Positions 23,085 through 34,907 are shown, counted from the first letter of the whole stretch. The stretch is 63,910 bases of DNA, filler included, from Globobulimina sp. (GCA_003354225.1; 58 parts of 58 records of this genome joined end to end with filler, not necessarily neighbours in it), one strand, 5' to 3'. The notes: generated by a model from the sequence alone, not told the origin. Made by a program: numbers and translations.

Positions 23085-24324
23085 NNNNNNNNNNNNNNNN
23101 NNNNNNNNNNNNNNNNNNNNNNNNNNNNTTAATTAATTAANNNNNNNNNNNNNNNNNNNNNNNNNNNNNNNNNNNNNNNNNNNNTACTCGATATAGAAAC
23201 ATTAGCACGTGAGAAAATAGAGACCACATATCATTTATTGCTGATCTATAGAGAAGTATAAGTTTGTTGTCTGACATGCGGGAAAGAATATATTCTTCTC
23301 TTAGATAGTGACAAAATACTTTTGTTCTTTCGGATACAGACATCAAAGGTCAGCTATTTGAGTGTGAAAGCAAAAATAATTTTCTCTTTTATATAGTTGA
23401 GCAAGTATAGTTTAATAATATTACATATCACGGTTAACCATTACTCTAATACTATACCGGGATTTAAATCAATAATAGTATAACATAGCAAAAATTAACC
23501 TAAAATATCACATTAAAGAATACGGTAACTAGTACATATCACTGAAGATTTTTTTCCTATAATACATACGTAACACATTTCTACATATTGTTTCTAACAA
23601 TTATGGCACACATCTAAATAATGATTGAGATCACGTAGGAATGATGAGATTTATATAAATTTGAAAATATTGAGATGCATATTACGGTTTATATTACTGT
23701 ACATAGTGATATCCCAGATTGTGTCAGGTAATGTAATGATATTTACATAGCTTACATAATAAAACAGCAGCTTTTTTTCTTCTTTTTTACTTCGAGTGCT
23801 TTCGAAATGTTTTTTTCACCGAAATAGACATCTGTATAACGACCTTGAGTTTGACATCCTGTGTCTCTTATATCTAAAAAACAATGACTGACAAACATGT
23901 GTTAGTGTTAGTACCATATATTTTGTGAAGCAACACAAATGTTAAACATAAGCCCAGAGTACTTTCACCTTAGTTTTTGCAGATGTGAGCTCTTCCCAAA
24001 TGAATGAGATGCATAGATACAGTAGGGCAAATTTGTCCACTACGGCTGCGAATTTGGGATTAGTTTGGTATGAAGGGGTGTGAAAAAAGTTAACAGAGAA
24101 AACGAAATTTTGGAATTTTTTTCTCAATTTTAGCAAAAATGACCGTTTTGCAAAGGAACTTGATGAGAAATGGGGTCATAAGTTTTTANNNNNNNNNNNN
24201 NNNNNNNNNNNNNNNNNNNNNNNNNNNNNNNNTTAATTAATTAANNNNNNNNNNNNNNNNNNNNNNNNNNNNNNNNNNNNNNNNNNNNGCTCATTGTAGT
24301 ACTGATTATATCCCCAATGATATT

Positions 24325-24870
24325 TTGCAGCTTTTGAGACATTATGTTGGAGAAAAAGAAGAGATATTAATAATGTCAATCACAGAAATAAAGAGAATGA
24401 AGAAATTGTTGAAATGTCAATTTAAAATAAATGTCACAAGTATTAATAGAATTAGTAAAGAAATTAAATCATTGCAATTAGAAATTGGAAAAGCTCGCAA
24501 AGAAATGCAGTTGCTGCGGTTTGCAAAAATATTCGATATGAAACATATACAAACTATGAAAAAAATTCCCCGAAAATTGCAAAAAATGAAAACAAAATTG
24601 GAAGAAATGAATAAAAAAATAAAGAAAAATGAAATCAAAACAGAAACACAGTTTAATAAAGAAATGGATGGCATAATAAATATTTATTTTAGAAGCTCAA
24701 AACATATATCGCTCAATGAATTATTTGAATCAATTCCAGCTAAACAAAAATCACGGTTTGAGGAACGGGAATATATGTCTGATGATATGGAGATTATAGG
24801 CGACGCATTGGATGAGGTTATCCAACAAGAAACGTCTGATGATTATAATAGAGATTTGGAGGAAATGTGA
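24325..24870 (+). CDS. Coiled-coil hypothetical protein fragment (host-like)
   Basis: K/E-rich, AT-rich ORF. Confidence 0.45.
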   Translation: MQLLRHYVGEKEEILIMSITEIKRMKKLLKCQFKINVTSINRISKEIKSLQLEIGKARKEMQLLRFAKIFDMKHIQTMKKIPRKLQKMKTKLEEMNKKIKKNEIKTETQFNKEMDGIINIYFRSSKHISLNELFESIPAKQKSRFEEREYMSDDMEIIGDALDEVIQQETSDDYNRDLEEM

Positions 24871-24939
24871 CGCAGATTGGAGCATTTGGGAAATAAATGT
24901 TTCTGAAATTTATGTTTTTGTGGATTATGCAGACGCTTT

Positions 24940-25292
24940 TACTGAATCAAATAGATGATGAAATCAACGCAGCGTTCTCCGATCTAAATGTTGAAATTAC
25001 AGGCCCTATGGTGATGTATAACGTGCAGGACCGTTATATCAATGAAGGCATGTTTAACTCCTTCAGCATTGCGTTGGTATTAATTGGTTTGAGTTTCTTT
25101 GTGCTATTCCGTTCGGTTAAATATGGCTTGATTGCACTTGTTCCCAGTGTTGTTCCTATCTTAATGGCGGGTGGCGTGGTGACCCTGATGGGCATTTCGT
25201 TAGACCTTGGCACTATGATAGTGGGTGCAATGACGATGGGTATTGCCGTCGATGATGCGATTCATGTGGTCAGTCGCTATTTACTGGCTCGC
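24940..25292 (+). CDS. Bacterial MMPL/RND-family transporter fragment (chimeric contig)
   Basis: VEITG..FRSVKYGLIALVPSVVP..LDLGTMIVGAMTMGIAVDDAIH; abrupt rise in GC. Confidence 0.88.
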
Positions 25293-25392
25293 NNNNNNNN
25301 NNNNNNNNNNNNNNNNNNNNNNNNNNNNNNNNNNNNTTAATTAATTAANNNNNNNNNNNNNNNNNNNNNNNNNNNNNNNNNNNNNNNNNNNN

Positions 25393-25716
25393 AATTAAAT
25401 CGGGGCAAAGTTGTTGCAAACCACTGCGTACTCCCAATGCGTATGATGGCAAATAAAACGGACCCAACGGAGTTACCTCACCATAACCAATATATCCTGT
25501 ATTCGTTTCAATGGATAAAACTGTCGAATCAAACACTGACACTGATTTGCCACTGCTCCAATTGTATGATCCTTCTTTTAATGGCAAATCACATTGATAT
25601 ACCGATATTTTTGCGATGTGATGCACTTCATCAGTTGTAAAATGGCAAGACGATGGTCGTAATATTGATGCACTGGGTTTTAATAACGATGTGCGTTTAG
25701 ATAAAAGAGAGAACAT
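25393..25716 (-). CDS. Enolase-superfamily (mandelate racemase-like, hydroxyproline dehydratase/epimerase subgroup) N-terminus with predicted mitochondrial presequence
   Basis: IAKISVYQCDLPLKEGSYNWSSGKSVSVFDST..GYGEVTPLGPFYLPSYA preceded by an S/R/K/L-rich, acid-free 28-aa leader. Confidence 0.8.
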
Positions 25717-25734
25717 TAGAAGTTTTGTAGTAGT

Positions 25735-26396
25735 ATGTTACACTTACAACTAGCCACGAATTTAGGGGAGAGAAAGGAGGTAACGTTAAACGAAGAGTTA
25801 TCGATTGGAATTCAGCAACTCGAACCTGTTGCTGTGGAAAATGCAACGAAGATTGCAATTGATGATATGTTGACGAAATTGAGTTTAAAAAGATATTTAA
25901 GATCATCTGAAGTTTACAACATCAATTATAGAGCATTGATATATGTTATAAGCTGGATGTTAGTGTTTGTGATTCCTGCTGCATTTACATATGATGGTAA
26001 ACATTCCTTATTTTTCATTTATTTGACATTGGTTATTGTACAATCCATATTAATTGCAATCATCATTTGTGCAATAAATCGTAACCATGGAAAAAGCAAA
26101 AAAAAAAATAGAAAATTTTATTATCCAAAAACAGCATCAAAACAAACATTGATAATGAAATATTTTTACATTTCGTGTGGGAGAATTAATAAATTATTTA
26201 ATGTTGAAGCTAAGACAGATTATCAAACAAGGATCGCTCCATTATTTAGTGGAATATTGTTGATATTTAGCACCATGAACTGCTTTATTTTATTTTTAGT
26301 GATTGCTTTTAAACAAAACCAAAGTTTATGGAATTTATGTCCAAGCATTGGTGCTGATGTTGAAGCTATCGAAGACGGCCAATGTATATTACGAAA
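25735..26396 (+). CDS. Hypothetical multi-pass membrane protein fragment
   Basis: Three hydrophobic segments in an open frame. Confidence 0.45.
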
Positions 26397-26496
26397 NNNN
26401 NNNNNNNNNNNNNNNNNNNNNNNNNNNNNNNNNNNNNNNNTTAATTAATTAANNNNNNNNNNNNNNNNNNNNNNNNNNNNNNNNNNNNNNNNNNNN

Positions 26497-27500
26497 ATAA
26501 TGAAAAACGCTCACGATTTGGTCCATAACGGTAGCGGCAAAATGTATACTTTAATTTTGAATGATTACTGGTGGCCCAAAATGAAAACCGAGATTGGTAA
26601 TTACTGCAAAACCTGTATAGGATGTCAAGCAGTAAAAGGTATACAACACAAACAAAACCGAGGAACACTTAACTTATTCCCAGCAACGCGGCCTTTTGAA
26701 CAGCTTAGCGTTGATATTGTCGGTCCACTGCCTAAAACCGACGATGACTTCCAATATTTAGTGACCATAATTGACAAATTCTCACGGTATTGTATGATAA
26801 TACCAGTAAAGGATACTTTGACTCCAACCATAATACGAGCCATAGAGCGGTGGTATACTACGTTCGGTCCACCAGAGTCCATTCTATCTGACAATGGATC
26901 GCAATTTCTGTCAAAAATATATCAACATTTTCAAAATTCAAACAAAAATATATCAATATATCAACATTTTCAACTGCCTATCACCCGGAGTGCAACGGGC
27001 AAATCGAACGACTGCATCGATGGATAAAAGAGCGTCTGGCACTGCTTGCGCATGACTTAGGTTTGGAATTTGCGATTGATAAAGCTTACCAATGTGATAA
27101 TTGGTCGCATTACATTCCATTAATACAATATTGCTATAATACCATGGTAAATAGAATGACATTATATACGCCGTTTGATATCGTTTTCGGCACAAATCCT
27201 CGAAATATGGATATATTGAGATGCGACCCAAAATGCCCTGATATATATAGAAAATATATGGCAGTACGAATAAAATTAATACATAATAAAGCACGAGAAC
27301 GACAGCAAAGTTATGATAAAATACGAAAGAAATATTATGATAAAAATCGACATAAAATAAAGATTGAACTGAATGATTTATTAATGTACGACATATCACA
27401 AAGTATGACCAAGAATGAAAAGTCATTGATCCCAAACTACGTTGGTCCATACAAAGTGATCCAAACCATGAATAATAATAAGACTCTAAAGATCCAAGAT
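26497..27500 (+). mobile_element. Ty3/Gypsy integrase fragment (HHCC zinc finger, DDE core, GPY) with frameshift at about 26955
   Basis: AHDLVH..YWWPKM..CIGCQ, LSVDIVGPLP, ILSDNGSQF, STAYHPECNGQIER, TPFDIVFG and VGPYKV. Confidence 0.92.
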
Positions 27501-28402
27501 NNNNNNNNNNNNNNNNNNNNNNNNNNNNNNNNNNNNNNNNNNNNTTAATTAATTAANNNNNNNNNNNNNNNNNNNNNNNNNNNNNNNNNNNNNNNNNNNN
27601 ATAATATGATGAAGTAAGTTTGTTTTTTTTTATGATTTTATATTTATAATAAGAACATAATAATTTTTGTGTGCAAGGAGAGTTAAGATCTGACAGTTAA
27701 TTGTCAGATCAACAAAAATCAAACAAACAAATAAAATCAAAAAATCCATTACAGTGATTATTTGTGTTGATGGTCATGCCTTAGGACATAAATACCATCA
27801 TCATAAACATCCAATATTTATCCTTTTCTCTTTACTATTTCACTCATTCAATCGCCAAATCTATCTTTTTTCCATTCAAACCGTCATCCCATACATTTAA
27901 TTCAATTCAATTTAAATAATCCAATTAGTTCAAAATCAATTTTAATTCGATGAATTTAACCGAATTTATTTAAATCCCATTCTTTTTTATTCAAATCCAA
28001 TATTTGGGTAGATAGACCCTTATACCAGTATTTTGACAATTTTGAGATTTTTTTGTTCCTAAAGGAATTTACTTAAGGATTTGTATAAGAATCATATAAT
28101 TATAGAAACGTTTTGCACATGAAATCAGAGAAACATTTTAAGAAACGTTTTTCAGGGACAGTTTCAGAAACTTTTTTCAGGGACATTTTCAGATCACAAG
28201 TTTTGGCTCAATATGTTGATTATGATTATTGATATCTTAATTATGGTTGATTCCTATTCATAATCATGATAATTACACAAAAATAGGAATAATTATAAAC
28301 ATCCATTGAATTTAGAAACTAAGAATTGAACTAAACACATTAACACAAAAGCGTAGCATCTCAAACTCAATCAACAGTTATATTAAACTACCCAATTGAA
28401 CA

Positions 28403-28604
28403 ATGATTAAAGTATTAAAGATATCATTAGCAGCCGCAGTATTATTATCAAGTACAAATGCGATTGTTGTAAGTCATTGTGATCATGTAAGCATTACCAT
28501 GGACGCAACAATTTTCATTCAGCCAACTGGTGTATGTTTGAGCAGAAAAGTAGATGAAGGAAATGGTATTCAAGTCAGACATTCATCATTTGAGTGTAGA
28601 GATG
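28403..28604 (+). CDS. Secreted cysteine-containing protein, N-terminus
   Basis: Signal peptide MIKVLKISLAAAVLLSSTNA. Confidence 0.5.
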
Positions 28605-29407
28605 NNNNNNNNNNNNNNNNNNNNNNNNNNNNNNNNNNNNNNNNNNNNTTAATTAATTAANNNNNNNNNNNNNNNNNNNNNNNNNNNNNNNNNNNNNNNN
28701 NNNNTCAATGCAACAAACAAGTGATATGCGTGGATGGAGACAAGATTTATTACTTTTTGAATGTATGTGATTGTTTGTTTGGTTTGTTTTAATTTTTTGT
28801 TGTTTGTATATATTATTATTTGAAACTGAAATCATTTCTTTTGCGAATGAGACAAACTTTTCACAGAAAAAAAAATAATTTCAAACAAAGGAGCAACAAA
28901 TATAGAAAGGTGAAAAAGTACAAACACAAAGTGTCCATAGAATGTGCGCGTAATATATGTTGTTATAAACTATGAAACCTTTTGTATTTATCCAAAAGCA
29001 GTAAAAGGTAAAACACGATATTTGCAAATACCGCATAAATATTCATTTTTTTAGTACTTTTTATCATTTTATCATTTTATCATCGTTTCGAAATCCGTAA
29101 TAATTCGTAATATGATTTACAATTTAAAGTCAGTGTACCATGCGTTTGATGTTTAATTCTAAATTGATAGCTTTCGCCATATTTTTTAACTTGTTTCGGA
29201 TCAATATACGGATGTAATTTATTAACATCATCAGGTTATTCTACATTGTAAGTACATTCCATATCAATTGTACTTACTGATATTGTCGTCGTTTTTAGAA
29301 GATTGTTGTTTGGCAGTGTATAAATTACAATGTTTATGATTGAAACCATGTTTATATTAATTTTCAAAACTTTACTTTTCATCTGAACATAACTATCAAC
29401 ACACAAC

Positions 29408-29708
29408 ATGACAGCCAAACCGATGATGTTTGCTATCATAGCCTTCATTATTTCAACCACTGCAATGACATCATCATCACAGTCAAAATCTCAACACATT
29501 TCATCCGGATGGCGACGCCCAAAAACAACATCAACATCAACAACCAGTGATTGTTCTGATGAATGTACCGGTGTTGAAATGCCAAATTGGGCTGAAGCAA
29601 ATTGGCATAGTGGTGATGCTAGTTTTTATTATTCGAGAGCGCCAGGGATTACATTGGATACTGTTTTCAATATTTTCTCACCAAAAAAAGTGTTGTTGTT
29701 GGGATCGG
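29408..29708 (+). CDS. Secreted protein, N-terminus
   Basis: Hydrophobic leader followed by an S/T-rich linker. Confidence 0.45.
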
Positions 29709-30047
29709 NNNNNNNNNNNNNNNNNNNNNNNNNNNNNNNNNNNNNNNNNNNNTTAATTAATTAANNNNNNNNNNNNNNNNNNNNNNNNNNNNNNNNNNNN
29801 NNNNNNNNTTGCAATTACAAATAATAACACATTCTCTATTCATCGCATCAATATGCGTAATATTTAAAACACAGCTTTTCTTTCCACTGAAATTTTAAAA
29901 AAACTTAAGTTCTACGTTGTTGTTGGAGTGTTTTAGCGGAGTTTAACTATTCGCGTTGTCCAATGAAGTCAAATTTATAATGTTTCAGAAAATAAGCACG
30001 CTACAAAAATACAATAATTTATAATCAACAACACAATATACTTACGA

Positions 30048-30812
30048 TCAAACATTAATAATTTCAGCTTCATCCTCCTCATTAACAATATCAAATTTCA
30101 AGCCATCTGCATCAAAGTCGTAATCAACATGAACCACTGCATTATCCTCAATCTTACCATCCAAAATATTAAACGACAGCGGTTTCAACAATAGATTTTG
30201 AATGCACCTCTTTAACGGCCTGGCGCCGTATTGCTTACTGAACCCAATTTGCGACAAATAGTCTTTTGCTGCTTCGCTCACCGTCAAATTTATATTCCCT
30301 CCGTCCTGATTCACCAACTCCTGCAAATTATCGATCTGTATGTCACAAATCGGCCTCATATCGCTCATCCGCAACTTATTAAACACGATAATATCATCGA
30401 TTCTATTCACAAATTCCGGCGCAAAGTGTCTCTTCACTGCATCCAAATGCATATTCCGTATCTCTCTCTCCTTCTCCTCATCCAATCCGTCCTCAACATC
30501 CAAATCGCTCTTTGCCTCCATATGCATACCAAAGTTATACATCGCGCCCAAGTTACTCGTCATGATCACAATGGTGTTCCTAAAGTCCACTCTCCGGCCA
30601 TGCGCATCCGTTAAAAAGCCCTCATCCATCACTTGCAGCAATATGTTGGTAACCTCTTTCGAAGCCTTTTCAATCTCATCCAATAAGATGCATTGATACG
30701 GTCTGCGACGGATACTCTCCGTCAAAGCACCACCTTCGTCATAGCCAATATAACCCGGCGGCGCCCCAATTAAACGCGACACTGAATGCCTCTCCATATA
30801 CTCGCTCATATC
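30048..30812 (-). CDS. clpB: ClpB/Hsp100 (Hsp78/Hsp104-like) C-terminal AAA+ domain
   Basis: MSEYMERHSVSRLIGAPPGYIGYDEGG, LLDEIEKA, IVIMTSNLG, PEFVNRID and YGARPLKR. Confidence 0.95.
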   Translation of the reverse strand, partial: DMSEYMERHSVSRLIGAPPGYIGYDEGGALTESIRRRPYQCILLDEIEKASKEVTNILLQVMDEGFLTDAHGRRVDFRNTIVIMTSNLGAMYNFGMHMEAKSDLDVEDGLDEEKEREIRNMHLDAVKRHFAPEFVNRIDDIIVFNKLRMSDMRPICDIQIDNLQELVNQDGGNINLTVSEAAKDYLSQIGFSKQYGARPLKRCIQNLLLKPLSFNILDGKIEDNAVVHVDYDFDADGLKFDIVNEEDEAEIINV

Positions 30813-31145
30813 NNNNNNNNNNNNNNNNNNNNNNNNNNNNNNNNNNNNNNNNNNNNTTAATTAATTAANNNNNNNNNNNNNNNNNNNNNNNNNNNNNNNN
30901 NNNNNNNNNNNNCGTTAGTAGCTTGTTTGCTAACTTAGCTTGAGAGCTTAGTCGCGAGTTCTTCTAGACACTACCACAAAGAAAGCGGGTGCCAAGTTGT
31001 GAGAAACTAAGAATGTATTAGTAAGAGGGATAAAGAGTTGTAAAATGTAAATGTAAAGTAAGTGCGTAACTGCGAAACGCTACATACGCAGTCAGCTACA
31101 TTGGTTTCCTGCAGCACACCTCCCATGATTTACTTTATTAAATCA

Positions 31146-31757
31146 TTACAAGTGGATAGGCAGTGTGTGTTTTTTGTTAAATTTCCGAGGTTTATTTTTA
31201 TGTGATGTGTTAAATGAACGTTTTTGTGGAAACTGCTTGTTAAAGTTATTGTTATATTTATTATAGTTTCCTCTGTTAAATTTATTATAGCGATGAAATT
31301 TTCTACGATTGTACTTTCCTTTGTATGGAGATGCGGATTTATTATTTGTATTCGAAGCAAACTTATTATTCGTGGTTGATTGATGTGCAGGTAATTCCAT
31401 TACTTCTGACGCATATTCAACTGCTTCACATAATGCTTCCATCGTGTTTGGTAATTGTTTCCGTACCATATGTTCCATAACTAATTTATTAGCGGAGTTC
31501 GTTAAGCATTGGATGAATTTTTTAACGAATTCTGCTTCAGTTGGTTTGGTAATTGATCGTAAAATAGATGTGCCTCCATGTGCAACTGCATAATTCCATT
31601 CTGCTAAAAGTTCTGCATATAATTGTTCAAATCTTTGTAATGATTCCAAAGATGTAAATGCAGCAAGACATTTCCATTCATTATAACGTTTTAATATTTT
31701 CTTTAATTGTTGTTTTCCACCATATGTTACAGGAAATCTGGGCATATCATTTGACAT
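31146..31757 (-). mobile_element. Possible LTR-retrotransposon Gag-like ORF
   Basis: FEQLYAEL..TEAEFVKKFIQCL..PNTMEALCEA fits a capsid-like helical pattern, followed by an N/K/R-rich tail. Confidence 0.4.
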
Positions 31758-32016
31758 ATCAATATAATAAATTATTTATAATCGAAATAATAGGAACGAA
31801 AATAGGTTAATAATGAAATGTTAATGGTTCCCGATGAAACACAACCTTTAACAATTCAATTTTGACTTTCAATGTTTTTATTTTGAATAATCTGTAAAAA
31901 ACTGTAAATTCAAAGANNNNNNNNNNNNNNNNNNNNNNNNNNNNNNNNNNNNNNNNNNNNTTAATTAATTAANNNNNNNNNNNNNNNNNNNNNNNNNNNN
32001 NNNNNNNNNNNNNNNN

Positions 32017-33020
32017 CAATATCCACCGATACTTTGATACAACGCGATTTCAATCGCATTTTGCCTGTTTGCTGCATCTGACAATGACTCGTAATAGTAA
32101 TCATAGCCACAATTATCGAAATCAATGCAATCGTAACGAATAATCGCTTGGTGCCAACTCTCCAACGTTGCTATATACGATCATTACGATGTACATTTCG
32201 CAAAAAAAACTGACAAATGTAATTATAATGTAGCAAACCGAGGTTGTCTGGATCTTTGAGCCATGTACAGGTGGCTTCCACCCACATTTCATGATCAGTG
32301 AGGTTCACATTATAAGGCTCAGAAGACACTTCTTTGTGATATGCAATTACGTCATTCAAATCGTTTGTAGTTAGACTAAAATCCAGCAAAAAATTGTAAA
32401 TCTCATAAAATTGGTCCTGGATTTTAGGATTCCCAATTTTTAATAATGGGCTTAAAGGAAAGGAACACTGTCCTTCGGCGTAACAGGTATCAACCACATC
32501 GTTGTTGGGATCTGTATATAACAAAAAACAAAGCACAATTAACCGTTTTCGTTGCAAATAAAGTAATTATAAATCAACTTCGTGGCAATCCAATACGTTC
32601 AAATTGCATATATTCAGTGTTTGCGGTTTCATTTAAAATGATCGCAAAATCTAAATGCGGCGAATAGAGATTGACAATAAATGGTAATTGATTTGAATAC
32701 AATTCGGTGATAAATTGAGTTAACAATGTTTCTGAGCCAAATGGAACAAAATGCCAATCAATGCCACCCAGCAAATTTTTAGTCAGCCTCTGCGAATAAT
32801 CGCTGATGGCATAACCACGGAGAGAGCCAAAGATGATCGGCGTTGCATTTGTGGGCAAATCGAATTTTGCATTGTATGTATCCAATGTGTCCATGTTTGC
32901 GAGATACCATTTTTGGAGCCAATCCGTATCAGAATCGACAGTGTACGCATCGATAAATATTTGTCGCAATGTTTGATTTTCTTTTAATTGTTTTGGCAGT
33001 GTCCATTCCGGCGTCGTCTC
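32017..33020 (-). CDS. Eukaryotic protein with a periplasmic-binding-protein (OpuAC/ProX-like) domain; introns 32512-32578 and 32171-32238
   Basis: VPFGSETLL..LPFIVNLYSPH..CSFPLSPLLK..YNFLLDFSLTTNDLN..EATCTWLK; GT-AG introns restore the frame. Confidence 0.55.
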
Positions 33021-33178
33021 NNNNNNNNNNNNNNNNNNNNNNNNNNNNNNNNNNNNNNNNNNNNTTAATTAATTAANNNNNNNNNNNNNNNNNNNNNNNN
33101 NNNNNNNNNNNNNNNNNNNNTGTGTGTGTGTGTAAGATGCGAATTTTGATGGGCAATCAAGGATCGTTTACTTGGAAA

Positions 33179-33934
33179 CTAAGAATCCCGTTTGTGACTG
33201 GTATGTGTGATGGTCATTATTTTATTTGTCTTTGCAAGATCGATGTCCAACTTATCAATGTAATTTATGATAAATGATTTATTTTTATACATCAAATTAT
33301 AAAATATCTTTTGATGATAAAATCTTTCTGCAAATGCCAAAATAATGAGTGCGTCCGGATTAAAATGGAAAATATCAACAAATGTTTGTTCCAATGACTT
33401 ATATGTGTCCTTCAAATAAATACAGTCCGCACCAATCACAATATCAAATTTATTATTATTCAGCGTTGTTTTATTTATATTTGAGCCCCAAAAGTATTCA
33501 TGAACTGAGATGTTATCCTTACAATTATTTTTCATTATATTTTGTTTTGATAATTCCATACAATTTTTATCAATATCAGTCAAGTAAACATGCTTTGCAT
33601 TTAATAATGAACAGACAATGCCGCATAAACCTAAACCTCCACCAATTTCAAGCATGACCTTTGATTTTATTTGCAATGCTTTGGCATTTTTATCCAGATA
33701 ATGACTTAATACAATGCTTGCATCCCATACTCGTGTTGCAATGTGTTGATTCTTTCCAGATTGCGTAATTTCAATCATTTGATTAGCAAAATAAAAATCT
33801 CTACTTGTTAGTTTCGAATGTGATTCAACATAGACATTGCTGTACGTAAACTTTACAATTTGCAGTTGGCCTTCGTCTGTCTTCACATCCAGATTATCAG
33901 AGTTTGCATTAAAAGTTTCTTTCTCCTCCGCCAT
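33179..33934 (-). CDS. Protein-lysine methyltransferase, family 16 (METTL21-like)
   Basis: VWDASIVL, MLEIGGGLGLCGI, VYLTD, YFWG and FDIVIGADCIY. Confidence 0.9.
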   Translation of the reverse strand: MAEEKETFNANSDNLDVKTDEGQLQIVKFTYSNVYVESHSKLTSRDFYFANQMIEITQSGKNQHIATRVWDASIVLSHYLDKNAKALQIKSKVMLEIGGGLGLCGIVCSLLNAKHVYLTDIDKNCMELSKQNIMKNNCKDNISVHEYFWGSNINKTTLNNNKFDIVIGADCIYLKDTYKSLEQTFVDIFHFNPDALIILAFAERFYHQKIFYNLMYKNKSFIINYIDKLDIDLAKTNKIMTITHTSHKRDS

Positions 33935-34250
33935 GCTTACCAGCCAATATCAAAGTTTTCTACGCTTATTTTACTTAAGAGTTGATGAAACATACGTTAC
34001 TGCTATGCAATTATTGTTATTATTTGCTATCCAGTCTGTTTCAAGTGATTCAATCCTTCCATCACTATTTGCTAGAAAAACATTTGGCACACTTCACAAT
34101 TGGGCAACAAAACGATACACAAAGNNNNNNNNNNNNNNNNNNNNNNNNNNNNNNNNNNNNNNNNNNNNTTAATTAATTAANNNNNNNNNNNNNNNNNNNN
34201 NNNNNNNNNNNNNNNNNNNNNNNNATGCAATTATTGTTATGTTGTTATGT

Positions 34251-34907
34251 TTATGTTTTGAGCCAGTTTTGTGGAGCATATTGAGACTGTGCATTATAAT
34301 GATATCCAAGTAGCAATTCGCTATATTGCGGCGGGTCACCATCTCCAGTCAATGCAGTATTATCAATCCTGAATGATGGACCAAGCCACATTACTCTGCC
34401 ATAATGATCTTCCACTGAATGATTAGTCAATGGGTGCAATAAAATTGTTAATTCGCCTCTATTCATCATAAACCAACTTATAACTTCATGGAAATATTGT
34501 GCTGGCGTCCATACTTCATATGAGCCGCATGGATGAGGTCCAAATGGTGCCATATTGAACAATGGTACAGCGGATGCATTTAAATCCGGTAAAATAGTCT
34601 CATTTATTCCCGGCAGCACAACCAGGAATTCATGATTTGTTACCTTTCCAACTAATTGCTGTTGTATATATTGCGCTGCATTGACGGAAAGATTGTTATC
34701 CTGAAAAAAATAAACATGAAAATGATATTCTTCGATTTCCGCTGTTGAGGTATAAATAATCTCGGTTTGGTTGATTTTGTGTTTAAACGCATGCGTTGAT
34801 TGATGACACTCTCCTCCTTGACAGGCATATGCGGGCCATGGATAATCACCGCATCCAATGCACATATAAACAGATAACACGATAAGGAGTGGAAATTGTG
34901 TTGACAT
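34251..34907 (-). CDS. DOPA 4,5-dioxygenase-family protein with signal peptide
   Basis: YHFHVYF, PFGPHPCGSYEV, WFMMNRGELTILLHPLT..EDH..MWLG; hydrophobic N-terminal leader. Confidence 0.88.
   Translation of the reverse strand: MSTQFPLLIVLSVYMCIGCGDYPWPAYACQGGECHQSTHAFKHKINQTEIIYTSTAEIEEYHFHVYFFQDNNLSVNAAQYIQQQLVGKVTNHEFLVVLPGINETILPDLNASAVPLFNMAPFGPHPCGSYEVWTPAQYFHEVISWFMMNRGELTILLHPLTNHSVEDHYGRVMWLGPSFRIDNTALTGDGDPPQYSELLLGYHYNAQSQYAPQNWLKT

Noticed and set aside
23185-24188. ORF-poor contig
   Set aside because: Looks like ordinary AT-rich intergenic or intronic DNA with no supportable feature.
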